From Nitrososphaerota archaeon (GTDB lineage: Archaea; Thermoproteota; EX4484-205; JAAOZP01), in the NCBI GenBank assembly GCA_011605725.1, contig JAAOZP010000004.1, forward strand, positions 1 to 64,000: a DNA stretch of 64,000 nt, given 5' to 3'. The notes under the pieces are model-generated. The model searched no databases. It was not told the DNA's origin and saw only the letters and a program-made list of their open reading frames with translations. Position numbers and translations under genes: made by a program. Positions 9,845 to 19,694 of this stretch are shown here, one piece after another. Within the stretch, counting starts at the first letter, position 1; each line of letters begins with the position of its first letter.

Positions 9845-11314
9845 TTGGAGAATATGCTCGAGCTTAAGCCGCTTTGCAGTCATGAACATACTACTGTGGA
9901 GAAGAAGCAAGGCAATTATAGAATCCTGGAGATTAGCAGCGAGAGTATTCAGAAGATCTTGTCAGGTGGTTCAACAATCCAGGAAAGGCTTTCAAACATT
10001 GGGATCCGAAAAAGACTCAGGGTAATAGGGGAGATAGGTGAAATATGGAGGGAGAGGCTTAACAGCGGCAGATTTGAAGAGTTGAAAAGAATTCTAGTAA
10101 AAACAACGGGATACTGTGAGAAGCTTATAGAAATGGAGTTTTCACTGGTCCCAATAGTTTTAAACGAGGATAGCATCAAGAAAAACTTGGAGTGTTCGCC
10201 TGCGAGGAATATTGAAGTGCTTGAAAGATTTGTTGAAATCAATGATGGTGAAAGCTTTAGAATTGTTCCAGCAGGTCCGGTTTTAATAATAAGCTCGGGC
10301 AACTCGCTCCTCCCCTCCTTCATTCCTTCTGCAATATCCCTGGCTGCTGGAAACCTCACCATATTAAAACCGTCGCTTTCAAACTATTTAGGAATAGTCG
10401 AGGCATATGGAATACTATCGGAATTAGCCTCGGCTTCCGAGGAGGCGAGGATGATGATGGACGCGCTGATAATAAGCTACTTCACGCACGACAGTGTTTC
10501 ACTAAGACGCCTCTTGGGCGAGTCGGAAATCGGCGTGGTGAACTTTTGGGGAGGTGAGCCTGCGAGAAGCAGCATTACAAAAATTGTTTCAGAAAACCCT
10601 AATCATCCAAGGATCGTTGTCAACGGGCCTTTAACAGGATGCGCCCTTATACATGAAAAGTCGGCTGGCGAGGAGGTTGCTAAAGCCCTGGCAAAAAACA
10701 TTATACTCTATGATCAACAGCTATGCAGCTCCCCAACCTTAGCGTTTTTCATAGGCTCTTGGCAGAACGCTTTTTCCTTCACCCGTATGGTTGAACAGTT
10801 CTTGGAAGAAATAGGAGTGGAATACGAATCTGTCTTAGACGATGCGAGTGTTTTCCTCACGCAATCCGCAAGAAGGATTCTACAGTTGAAGGGTTCTCAC
10901 GTTTTTTCTTCGAAAAACATCAAGAATTTTTGGACACTCGTATTGTCAAAAGGGGGGAGTGTTCTGGATGAAGTGGTTAACCACCTTCCCGGCTTTAACA
11001 TTTATGTGCGCAGAAGGTTTCTGGAGATTGTGGTTGTGGATTCGGTTGAAGAGGCGCTGGAGCATATTAAAAGAATTTCCGGTTCACCGGCCTTTAAAGG
11101 CATCGACGGGATTCAAACCGTCGGATACTCGATTATCACGGAAGAAAAGGAGAAGGTTTTTGAAAAGCTGGCTTCACTCGGAATCTACAGGATTGTGCCG
11201 CTGAGCGACATGTCCATGAGGAGCGCCATCGAACCGTATGACGGGTTTACTCTGCTCTCCGCGTTTACCAAGATAGTTTATCATAGGGATGAGAAAACGT
11301 TTCTGAAGCCATGA
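9845..11314 (+). CDS. LuxC-like acyl-CoA/acyl-protein reductase (ALDH fold)
   Basis: GPVLIISSGN, AGNLTILKPS, FWGG, YDQQLCSSP (catalytic Cys), C-terminal PYDG. Confidence 0.8.
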   Translation: MENMLELKPLCSHEHTTVEKKQGNYRILEISSESIQKILSGGSTIQERLSNIGIRKRLRVIGEIGEIWRERLNSGRFEELKRILVKTTGYCEKLIEMEFSLVPIVLNEDSIKKNLECSPARNIEVLERFVEINDGESFRIVPAGPVLIISSGNSLLPSFIPSAISLAAGNLTILKPSLSNYLGIVEAYGILSELASASEEARMMMDALIISYFTHDSVSLRRLLGESEIGVVNFWGGEPARSSITKIVSENPNHPRIVVNGPLTGCALIHEKSAGEEVAKALAKNIILYDQQLCSSPTLAFFIGSWQNAFSFTRMVEQFLEEIGVEYESVLDDASVFLTQSARRILQLKGSHVFSSKNIKNFWTLVLSKGGSVLDEVVNHLPGFNIYVRRRFLEIVVVDSVEEALEHIKRISGSPAFKGIDGIQTVGYSIITEEKEKVFEKLASLGIYRIVPLSDMSMRSAIEPYDGFTLLSAFTKIVYHRDEKTFLKP

Positions 11315-12306
11315 GGATACTTGTAACCGGAGCCTCGGGTTTTCTGGGTGGTCATCTTGTTGAAGAAATGGTTTCAAAAGGATACGATGTCATCGGCATG
11401 GTTAGAAAAAGCAGTAATACGGGTTTTCTGAAAAGCTTGGGTGTGCAGCTTAGGACCGGGGATCTCACGGTCCCAGAAAGCCTCAGTCAAGCCACTAAGA
11501 ATATTGATATTGTTATTCATCTTGCAGCATACTATACTTTCTTCGGTAAAAAGGATTTGTATAGGAAGATTAACGTTGAAGGCACAAGGATGCTTCTTGA
11601 GGCTGCTTTAACCAATGGTGTGAAAAGATTCATCTATTGTAGTTCTACTGAAGCAATAGGTCCTGTTAGAAACCCGCCGGCGGATGAAGACTCCCCGCCT
11701 AATCCTTCTTACGAGTATGGAAGGTCTAAGCTTGAGGCTGAAAAAGTAGTTAGGAGTTACTGTGGCAGCATTGAATACTCGATCATCAGGCCATCTGGAA
11801 TATATGGTCCAAGGAATGTGAACGACGTTTCCTACTGGTTTATCACAGCCTTCGCGAAAAATGCTCTTCCAACCAGGATCATTGTTGGTGATGGGAAAAA
11901 CCTTATTCAATTTGCTCATGTTAAAGACGTGGTTCAAGGTTTTCTCCTAGTGCTTGAAAAACCAGAAGCGTCCAAAAATCAGACTTATTTCATAAGCGAG
12001 GACAGGGCTTATACTTACCTTGAAGTCTATAAAATCTTGGCAGCATTATGCAATAGGGAACCTCCTAAGATACATGTTCCACCCGTAGTTGCAAAAACCT
12101 TAGTAATGCCGGTGGAACTGTTCAACAGGCTTAGGGGAAAAGTTGATTTCACTTGGAGGATAAGTATCGTTGATGACCTTACCTCCAACAGAGCCTACAG
12201 TGTGAGCAAGGCAATGAGGGATCTCGGGTTTAGGCCAAAATACGATCTTAAGACGGGGCTGAAAGAGACTATAGAATGGTACAGGGAGAACGGTTACATC
12301 AGCTAG
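11311..12306 (+). CDS. NAD-dependent epimerase/dehydratase (extended SDR, 3-beta-HSD/OleD-like)
   Basis: TGASGFLG, HLAA, YGRSK, RPSGIYGP; ATGA overlap with luxC-like gene. Confidence 0.9.
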   Translation: MRILVTGASGFLGGHLVEEMVSKGYDVIGMVRKSSNTGFLKSLGVQLRTGDLTVPESLSQATKNIDIVIHLAAYYTFFGKKDLYRKINVEGTRMLLEAALTNGVKRFIYCSSTEAIGPVRNPPADEDSPPNPSYEYGRSKLEAEKVVRSYCGSIEYSIIRPSGIYGPRNVNDVSYWFITAFAKNALPTRIIVGDGKNLIQFAHVKDVVQGFLLVLEKPEASKNQTYFISEDRAYTYLEVYKILAALCNREPPKIHVPPVVAKTLVMPVELFNRLRGKVDFTWRISIVDDLTSNRAYSVSKAMRDLGFRPKYDLKTGLKETIEWYRENGYIS

Positions 12307-12366
12307 TTATTAGGACCTGGCGAGGAACAATTTTATCTTTAACCGTTCTGTACATACATAAGCATA

Positions 12367-13059
12367 ATGGAGATTAGAGTACTCTTAGGGACCGTTGACA
12401 GCTCAATCGTCGACTCCGACGCAGTTGTAGCTATAGATGTCTTACGTTCCTCTACGACAATATTGACTGCTTTAGCGAATGGTGCTGAAAGCGTTATTCC
12501 GGCTGCATCAACAGATGAAGCCCTAAGCATAGGATCGAAGTTTCAAGCACTAGTCGGCGGGGAGGTTAACAGCGTTAGGCCTCCAATGTTTCAACTCGGA
12601 AATTCGCCTCTGGAATATGTTCGGGAAAGAATAGGTGGGAAAACAATTGTGCTCTATACTTCCAGTGGAACCAGGCTCCTGAGGTTCCTGATGGCTGTTT
12701 CGAAAAAAGTTCTTGTGGGCGCGGTGGTCAACGTCTCCTCCTTGGTGGAACACTTGGAGAAAACGGGTTTTGACAGGGTGACCATCATTACGGCAGGTAG
12801 AATCGGTTCCCCAGCACTTGAAGACTCATATTGCGCTGGCCTCATCGTTAAGAATCTCTCATGGAGGAAATGCGACAGGAATGCGGAGATTGTGATGAAG
12901 ATTGCTGAACTCGACATAAATATCGTGAAGAAGTCGCTTCATGCTTTGGAGCTAGTTAAACTCGGATTAGAGAGGGATGTTGACTACTCTCTTACTCCTG
13001 ACAGTGTTAGAGTCGTGGCTGCAGCTGTTCCTTTCAAGGGATGTATCCGGCTCCTTTAA
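12367..13059 (+). CDS. comB: 2-phosphosulfolactate phosphatase family protein
   Basis: VAIDVLRSSTT, GGE, LGNSPLE, TSSGT, ALEDSYCAG. Confidence 0.85.
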   Translation: MEIRVLLGTVDSSIVDSDAVVAIDVLRSSTTILTALANGAESVIPAASTDEALSIGSKFQALVGGEVNSVRPPMFQLGNSPLEYVRERIGGKTIVLYTSSGTRLLRFLMAVSKKVLVGAVVNVSSLVEHLEKTGFDRVTIITAGRIGSPALEDSYCAGLIVKNLSWRKCDRNAEIVMKIAELDINIVKKSLHALELVKLGLERDVDYSLTPDSVRVVAAAVPFKGCIRLL

Positions 13060-13336
13060 CAACTCCTTTCTTCAACATTCTTCTTTGCTCCTTGTTCTGC
13101 TCATATATTCTAACAGCCAACGAGTGTGAACAAATTCTCCTCTTTAAATAACCTAGGCAGCTGCAGTTGTAATTGCCATACGCATCTCTAGAAACTATGT
13201 AAACCCCGTGATCGCCTTTAACTTCATAACTGGATTTATCCAGCTGGCTGATCCTCTTCTCTCTGAGAATCGTCCTCGCCTTCAACACGAGCTTCTCCAC
13301 TCCTGTCGCTTCCTTCTTACCGCTTTCTTCACCCAT
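13034..13336 (-). CDS. SWIM zinc-finger protein
   Basis: YNCSC..ICSH (CxCx(n)CxH). Confidence 0.75.
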   Translation of the reverse strand: MGEESGKKEATGVEKLVLKARTILREKRISQLDKSSYEVKGDHGVYIVSRDAYGNYNCSCLGYLKRRICSHSLAVRIYEQNKEQRRMLKKGVVKGAGYIP

Positions 13337-13432
13337 TTCCTCAAGACCTCTGTTCAGATAGCTTCATCCAAGCGTTTTTAAGATTTCCATGAGTGTTATG
13401 ATGCCTAAATCGCCTGGGAAACCGGGTATAGA

Positions 13433-14728
13433 TTAAGACAAGCTGGTAAGCCCCTCTGGAAACTCCAATCCAAAGTCTGAAATTCTCTTCTTAACCATGT
13501 TCATTATCTTCCTGCCTGTGAGCCTCCTAATGTTGTTCGGCCTCAGTATTCCTATGTCTGTCACGATTGCCGTTACGAATTTCGGCGGAGTCACGTCGAA
13601 AGCAGGGTTGAAAATTCTCACCTGTCCTCTTCCAGGCTCATGTGTCACAATGCTTTCTGAAGGTGGCCACTCTTCCAAGGCTTTTTCGGAAATCAATCCC
13701 CTACTCTTCATGTCTTTCGCGATCAGGCTGTAAGGGTATGTTACTTCATCAATGCTTCTCTCCTCAATCTCTATGTCGCTTCCCTTTTTAACGTCAAGCG
13801 ATATTGTAGAATAGGAGGTTGCGTAGTAAAAAGGCGCTTTGAAATACTTGAAAAGCCTAGCGATATCGGCTGAACCCACCTTGTTAGCTACTGAACCGTC
13901 TCTAGCCACTCTGTCAGCCCCCAGAATAGCCTTATTCACACCCAGTCTCTCGAACGATATTGAAACCATATTGTCGGTAATTATTGTTGTAGGAATCCCA
14001 ACCCTTTTCAGCTCCCACACGGTCAACCTATATCCTTGACTCCTTGGTCTCGTCTCTTTTGAGACAACCTTAACGTCAACACCGTTTGAGTACGCTTCCT
14101 CTATTATGCCTAAAGCATGTCCCATCAATGTGGAGGAGAGGCTTCCGCCGTTGCAGTGCGTCATGATAACGTCGCCGTTTCTCACGATCCTTAAGCCGTA
14201 GGTACGCATATAGTAGTTTAAAGCCATGTCCTGGGCAAGTATGAAGTCTGAGATTTTGCGTAAAGCATCAATGGTTTTCTCCAGGCTTTTCGTCTCATCG
14301 TAAATCTTCTTACAATAGTTGTAGGCTAGCAGCGTGGCCCAAGCCAACGGGGCTGCAGTGGGCCTTGCGTAAGCTATTTCCTGAGCCATCTGGCTTAACT
14401 GTCTAAGCGGGTCTGACCCATGCTTAGCCTGCAAGGCGCCTACAAGCAGGGTGTAAGCACCGGCAACACCTATTGCCTGAGACCCTCTCACAACCATGTT
14501 TTTTATTGCCTTAACTCCATCCTTCCAGTCGCCTATTTCCTGTGTAGTGACTTCGAAAGGAAGCTTATTCTGGTCTAGGAGAATAAGCTTGTCTTTCTCA
14601 TGATTATACCAGAGGGTTACTGGGAGGCTCGTCTTCTTATGCAGGGGGAGGCCCAGCGCAGGGTCCTCATCAAGCCCCAGCCTGTCTGAAACATGTTTCA
14701 AGTACTCCAATTCAGGTTTTTCAATCAC
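13433..14728 (-). CDS. mtnA: Methylthioribose-1-phosphate isomerase (eIF2B-like family)
   Basis: LLDQNKLP, MVVRGSQAIG, ARPTA, THCNGG, ETRPRSQG, GADRVARDGSVANKVG, NPAFDVTP. Confidence 0.88.
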   Translation of the reverse strand: MIEKPELEYLKHVSDRLGLDEDPALGLPLHKKTSLPVTLWYNHEKDKLILLDQNKLPFEVTTQEIGDWKDGVKAIKNMVVRGSQAIGVAGAYTLLVGALQAKHGSDPLRQLSQMAQEIAYARPTAAPLAWATLLAYNYCKKIYDETKSLEKTIDALRKISDFILAQDMALNYYMRTYGLRIVRNGDVIMTHCNGGSLSSTLMGHALGIIEEAYSNGVDVKVVSKETRPRSQGYRLTVWELKRVGIPTTIITDNMVSISFERLGVNKAILGADRVARDGSVANKVGSADIARLFKYFKAPFYYATSYSTISLDVKKGSDIEIEERSIDEVTYPYSLIAKDMKSRGLISEKALEEWPPSESIVTHEPGRGQVRIFNPAFDVTPPKFVTAIVTDIGILRPNNIRRLTGRKIMNMVKKRISDFGLEFPEGLTSLS

Positions 14729-14768
14729 CCGGGAAGTTTTTATCTTTATCCCCTTTTAAGCATCAGGG

Positions 14769-15473
14769 ATGAGACGTGACGTTGGAAGGAGGGAGGCGGG
14801 TTTCTTCAAACCCGCGGAGGTGATAATCGCCTCTGAAGTTAGGCCTGGTGTTAAGCCGAGCGATATCAATGGAGTCTGCACTGAGGCTTTGAGACACGGC
14901 GTCAGGGTCGTCTGTATACCCAGCGTATACCTTGGAGAGGCTGCTGTCTTTGAAAACACTGGCTTAAAGCTGTCTACTATGATATCTTTTCCAACCGGTC
15001 TGGCGCCTGTCGATCTGAAAATGATGGAGATTATGCTCGCTTCTGAGCATGGTGTTGAGGAAATATACTTCTACCCGAATTTGGGAAACTACTTGGACAG
15101 TAGGATCGTAGAATTCGAATCCGAGCTCTCTAGAATTGCGGAGGGGTCTCAGCTAGTCGGCCTGAAAAGCGTTAAACCGGTTGTCGAGATGGATATGGTT
15201 TCGGAGAAACAGCTGAGAGAAATCATCAGTATTTTCAGAACATCTGGTTTCGACACGGTGGTTATCTCATCAGGCTTCGGCTTGAGAAACATGGGTTCTG
15301 AGGAGCTGAGGGTTTTGAACACTGTTGAACAAGATGTTATGATTGAGGCCCACTGCAGGTTGAGGTCTCTACGGGATTTGCAAAGCCTTGTTGAAAACAG
15401 GGTTTGCAAAGTATGTACAGTAGACTATAAGATTGTTTTGGAAGAAGGCTCTGAAAAACGGCTTGAGGAGTAG
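14769..15473 (+). CDS. Deoxyribose-phosphate aldolase-like TIM barrel, catalytic lysines absent
   Basis: VCIPSVY, ISFPTG, KPVVE match the DeoC layout; DTVVISSGF replaces DFVKTSTGF. Confidence 0.65.
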   Translation: MRRDVGRREAGFFKPAEVIIASEVRPGVKPSDINGVCTEALRHGVRVVCIPSVYLGEAAVFENTGLKLSTMISFPTGLAPVDLKMMEIMLASEHGVEEIYFYPNLGNYLDSRIVEFESELSRIAEGSQLVGLKSVKPVVEMDMVSEKQLREIISIFRTSGFDTVVISSGFGLRNMGSEELRVLNTVEQDVMIEAHCRLRSLRDLQSLVENRVCKVCTVDYKIVLEEGSEKRLEE

Positions 15474-15519
15474 TTTTATGGAAAAACATATATTTGGATT
15501 CTAAGGGGTCATCATAGCT

Positions 15520-16692
15520 TTGCCATCTTACAGGATTGCTTTAATGCCCGGCGACGGGATTGGGCCTGAGGTTGTGAGGGAGGCTGTTAAAGTAGGAGGC
15601 GGTCTGCTTGAAGCCATGGGCGTCCAGTTTTCCTTCGAAGAGTTTCCTAATGGTGCTGACCATTATCTTAAAACCGGTGAAACGCTTTCAGACTATACTT
15701 TAAAGAGGTTGAAGGGTTTTGATGCTATTTTCTTCGGGGCTGTTGGAGACCCAAGAGTTAAGCCGGGAGTTCTTGAGAAGGGTATTCTGCTGAGAATGCG
15801 TTTCCATCTTGATCTTTACGTTAACCTTCGTCCAGTCCGGCTTCTTAAAGGTGTTGAAACACCTTTAAAAATACCTGGGGGCAGTAGTGTTGACTTTGTA
15901 GTTATACGTGAAAACACTGAGGATTTCTACGTCGACATGGGTGGGAGGGTGTCTGAAGGATGCTCGAAGGTCTTCGAGTATACTGTTGAAACCGGCGGGG
16001 CCAGAGGAAGCAGATACAGGGTTGAGGTTGAAAGTAAGCACGGCGAGGCTTTTCAAATAGGAGTGATATCGGTTAAGGGTGCTGAAAGAATAATAAGGTA
16101 TGGTTTTGAATATGCTGTTAGAAAGGGCTTGAAACTCATAACCTTCATAGATAAGGCTAACGTGCTTACTGAAGCATACGGTCTGTGGAGAGATGTTGTT
16201 GAGAAAGTAGGCGAGGAGTACAGTGGGAAGGTTAAGAGGGAATTCATGTATGTTGATGCTGCGGCGCTTCACATGGTTTTAAACCCTGGGCGCTTCAAGA
16301 TAATTGTCGCTCCAAACATGTTCGGAGACATTTTAACAGATCTGGGGGCTGCGATCCAGGGTGGTCTGGGTTTCGCGCCGAGTGGAAACATTAATCCCAA
16401 CGGGGTCTCGATGTTTGAGCCCGTGCATGGGAGCGCTCCGGATAAGGCTGGCATGAACATAGCTAACCCTGTTGCAGCAATACTCTCCTTCTCCCTCATG
16501 CTTGAACACTTATGGAGTAGAAGTGGAGATAAACGTCTCCTCGAGGCTTCAAAGATAATTGAGACGGCTGTGGAGAACGTTTTAGCAAGTGGCAGGTGCA
16601 GGACTCCGGATATGGGTGGAGACTCTAAGACGAGCGAAATGGGAGACGCTGTTCTCGAAGAATCTAAACACTTATTGTCAGATGGAAGATGA
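15520..16692 (+). CDS. Isocitrate/isopropylmalate dehydrogenase family protein
   Basis: PGDGIGPEV, YVNLRPV, RENTED, DKANVL, NMFGDILTD, FEPVHGSAPD. Confidence 0.93.
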   Translation: MPSYRIALMPGDGIGPEVVREAVKVGGGLLEAMGVQFSFEEFPNGADHYLKTGETLSDYTLKRLKGFDAIFFGAVGDPRVKPGVLEKGILLRMRFHLDLYVNLRPVRLLKGVETPLKIPGGSSVDFVVIRENTEDFYVDMGGRVSEGCSKVFEYTVETGGARGSRYRVEVESKHGEAFQIGVISVKGAERIIRYGFEYAVRKGLKLITFIDKANVLTEAYGLWRDVVEKVGEEYSGKVKREFMYVDAAALHMVLNPGRFKIIVAPNMFGDILTDLGAAIQGGLGFAPSGNINPNGVSMFEPVHGSAPDKAGMNIANPVAAILSFSLMLEHLWSRSGDKRLLEASKIIETAVENVLASGRCRTPDMGGDSKTSEMGDAVLEESKHLLSDGR

Positions 16693-17804
16693 AAAGTCTG
16701 ATCTTCAAGAAAGACGGGCTTAACAAGCTTAGTGCAAGCTATATTCCTGAAAAGCTTCCCAGCAGAGAAGAGCACCGGCTTGAGATATTCAATACTGTAA
16801 TAGGCTTCATCGAGGGAAAGCTTCCTCTGAAAGCTATTGTTTTAAACGGTCCAAGCGGCTCCGGTAAAACTGTAACTGTAAAGAAGGCTTCCGAGCAGGT
16901 TTTGAATTACTGTAACCAGAAAGGTATTAAGATTGAATACCGCCATTTAAACACTAGGTTCGCCTCTTCAGACTTCACCCTCGCGCAGATGATTGCGCTC
17001 AGCCTAATGCCAAACATACCGGGCAGGGGATACAGCAGTAAGGAGCTCCTGTTCACAATCTTCGACTACCTTGAAAAATCGGGCAAGAGCTTCCTTCTCG
17101 TCTTGGACGATTTCGACAGCTTCCTAAGCGGGGTTAGAAGCAGGTTTTTCACAGATCTTTTAAAAATTTCGGAGGAGTATGAGGGCAGGGTTAAGGTAAT
17201 CCTGATACTCATCGGGATAGAGGATGTTTCCAAGAAGGTTAAAGACTCTTGGGCGACATCCTTCTTCTGGAGGATAGGCAGAAGCTTTAAACCATACAGT
17301 GCTGAAGAAATATCTGTTATACTGAAAGATAGGGTGGAACTCTCTTTTAACGAGAATAGTGTCGACGACTCTCTTATATATTTGATGGGCAGGATGACTG
17401 AAAGATTCGGATATGGTTCGGCTAGATACGGCATCGAGCTTTTGCTTACAAGCGGGCTTAACGCGAGCTATGAGGGTTCTTCCAAGGTTGTTGCCGAGCA
17501 TGTGAGAGAAGCCCAGTATAGGATTGAAAGCATTATTACCCCGGCGGATTTGAAAACACTTTTCTCTCAGGACCCTGAAATACACAGGCTTGTTGAAAGG
17601 CTTATACGTGTTTTCGAGTCTTGCGAGGAGCCTTTCGTAGACTTTAAAACGCTTGAGGAGCATGGTGTGAGAACGAGAGATAGCGGTGTAATGGAGAGGC
17701 TTAAGAGGCTACACTTGGAGGGTCTCCTGGACTACAATCCGTCTCGGAAGGAGCTCGCATTGATAGGGATGCCCCTCCGGCTTCTTCAACAGGCTTTCGA
17801 CTAG
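16689..17804 (+). CDS. cdc6: Cdc6/Orc1-family AAA+ ATPase (divergent)
   Basis: YIPEKLPSRE, GPSGSGKT, LVLDDFD, FKPYSAEEI..ILKDR, GSARYGIELL. Confidence 0.8.
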   Translation: MKSLIFKKDGLNKLSASYIPEKLPSREEHRLEIFNTVIGFIEGKLPLKAIVLNGPSGSGKTVTVKKASEQVLNYCNQKGIKIEYRHLNTRFASSDFTLAQMIALSLMPNIPGRGYSSKELLFTIFDYLEKSGKSFLLVLDDFDSFLSGVRSRFFTDLLKISEEYEGRVKVILILIGIEDVSKKVKDSWATSFFWRIGRSFKPYSAEEISVILKDRVELSFNENSVDDSLIYLMGRMTERFGYGSARYGIELLLTSGLNASYEGSSKVVAEHVREAQYRIESIITPADLKTLFSQDPEIHRLVERLIRVFESCEEPFVDFKTLEEHGVRTRDSGVMERLKRLHLEGLLDYNPSRKELALIGMPLRLLQQAFD

Positions 17805-18441
17805 TCTTCCCTAATCGGGATACTAGCGTTAGAAAAGCTATTGCTATAAGGGTTGCTATAAGCAGATAGTTCAACAGGGTAATGTCTCCCTTGCTTATGC
17901 TTGCTCCAACCTTCTCACCCATATAGCTGTAGAAAAGAGCTCTGGGGATAGTTCCAAGAAGGGTTGCGACGGTGAACGATGCCGATGCTATTCCAGCCAC
18001 CCCTGCAAAATAGGATATTGCGTCGAAGGAAATCCAAGGTATGAATCTGGCTGCGAAAATAATTTTATACCCGTGTTTGGCGAAAAGCTTCTCAACTTTC
18101 TCAAACTGCTCCCTGTTCACCAGCTTCTCCACAAGGGGTTTTCCAAACTTTAATCCTATCGCATAGTTTATCAGGGCACCGCTCATGAGTCCAAGCGTTC
18201 CAACGATTGAAGAAGCTTCAAAGCCGAAGGCTGAGCCGCTCATAATCAGCACGGCTTCAGCAGGTATAACTGCTATGATCGATTGAACCACCATGAGCAT
18301 ATAGAAACCGAGTAATCCTCCTTTCAGCATTACCTCTTGAAGCTGGTTGAAATACTCTGAGAAAACCCTGGGGAGAATGTTAACTATAGCAATAGTTATG
18401 ATCACGATTATTGAAAGCAGCAGCTTAATGTTCAGCTTCAT
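17701..18441 (-). CDS. DedA/VTT (TVP38/TMEM64) family membrane protein
   Basis: IPAEAV, FGFE, ARFIPWISFDAISYFAG, TLLGTIP. Confidence 0.88.
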   Translation of the reverse strand: MKLNIKLLLSIIVIITIAIVNILPRVFSEYFNQLQEVMLKGGLLGFYMLMVVQSIIAVIPAEAVLIMSGSAFGFEASSIVGTLGLMSGALINYAIGLKFGKPLVEKLVNREQFEKVEKLFAKHGYKIIFAARFIPWISFDAISYFAGVAGIASASFTVATLLGTIPRALFYSYMGEKVGASISKGDITLLNYLLIATLIAIAFLTLVSRLGKTSRKPVEEAGGASLSMRAPSETDCSPGDPPSVAS

Positions 18442-18557
18442 TCCAAGCCTCCTTAACCATTGCGTAAAAGCCCTTATTAATGCTTAAGCCGGCTAGGAAA
18501 TATTTAAAAAACTCCTTAAGAGGGACGCTTATTCTAAACCGTGGAGGATGTGACTGG

Positions 18558-19694
18558 TTGAATCCTGAAGCATGTTCAAACAGTGTTTCGATGCTTGACG
18601 ATGTTGAAGCAATCAAGATGATCGATAGGGGAAACATGAGGCGGATGATATCCTCGTTTCCAGCGCTTTTTAAGGAGGCAGTAACACTATCCCGGGGCCT
18701 GTCTCTTCCCAGAGAATACAAGAATGTTAAGGAGATTGTTGTATGCGGAATGGGAGGTTCAGCTATAGTTGGAGACCTTTTCAAAGACCTTTCCCAGAGG
18801 ATGATCCCACTGCATGTCTCGGTAGTCAGAGACTACGATCTGCCTCTGCACGTTGACGAGAGCAGTCTGGTTGTAGCGGTAAGCTACTCCGGCAACACTG
18901 AGGAGACCCTAGAGTCTTTCAGGCAGGCTTACGAGAGAGGGTCCCGCATACTTGCTATTGCTTCCAACGGTCTTCTGGAGAAGGCTTGCTTAAAGCTTAA
19001 AATACCGTTTCTGAGTATTCCGTCAGGATACGCACCTAGGTCGGCGCTCCCACTACTCTTCATACCATTGTTGAAAGTGGCTGAGGAAATAGGTTTCCCT
19101 CTGGTGGATGATCATGAGCTTGCTGAAGCCTACAGGCTTGTTGAAGAATATAATTCTAACCTTATCCCGGAAAGCCCTTTCAACCAGAATCCTGCTAAGC
19201 AGCTGGCTGTTAGGCTGTATGAGAAACTCCCCATCATATACTCCATGGGTCACTTGAAATCCGTAGCACTGCGTTATAAGGATCAGATTAACGAGAACGC
19301 TAAGATGAGAGCCATGTGGGACCAGCTTCCGGAGGCAAACCATAATGAGGTTGAGGCATGGGAGAAGATTGATTTCAAAGAGCTTCTTCACGTTGTTTTC
19401 ATCGACAGCCGTTTCAAAAACCCTTATCTTACTGAAAGCATCAGCCAGCTTGTTTCGAAGATTGAAAGAGAAGGTGTTGGCTTAAGCATTGTTAAACCAC
19501 TTGGTGAAACGATGCTTGAGGAAATGTTTTCAGCCATAGTCTTGGGGGACTGGGTGAGCTACTATCTCGCAATAATGCGAAAGGTTGATCCCGCTCCTGT
19601 CAGACTAATAAGCGAGCTGAAAGAGAAGCATGATGAGAGAACAAGGTATTCTGAAAAGTTTGAAGAATGGTTATGCAAGCTTAGTAGGGCTTAA
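18558..19694 (+). CDS. Bifunctional phosphoglucose/phosphomannose isomerase
   Basis: GMGGSAIVGD, SYSGNTEET, QINENAK, PEANHNE; start inferred from a GGAGG before TTG 18558. Confidence 0.9.
   Translation: MNPEACSNSVSMLDDVEAIKMIDRGNMRRMISSFPALFKEAVTLSRGLSLPREYKNVKEIVVCGMGGSAIVGDLFKDLSQRMIPLHVSVVRDYDLPLHVDESSLVVAVSYSGNTEETLESFRQAYERGSRILAIASNGLLEKACLKLKIPFLSIPSGYAPRSALPLLFIPLLKVAEEIGFPLVDDHELAEAYRLVEEYNSNLIPESPFNQNPAKQLAVRLYEKLPIIYSMGHLKSVALRYKDQINENAKMRAMWDQLPEANHNEVEAWEKIDFKELLHVVFIDSRFKNPYLTESISQLVSKIEREGVGLSIVKPLGETMLEEMFSAIVLGDWVSYYLAIMRKVDPAPVRLISELKEKHDERTRYSEKFEEWLCKLSRA

Noticed and set aside
8585-11314. Bioluminescence operon
   Set aside because: No luxA/luxB luciferase or luxD in the window
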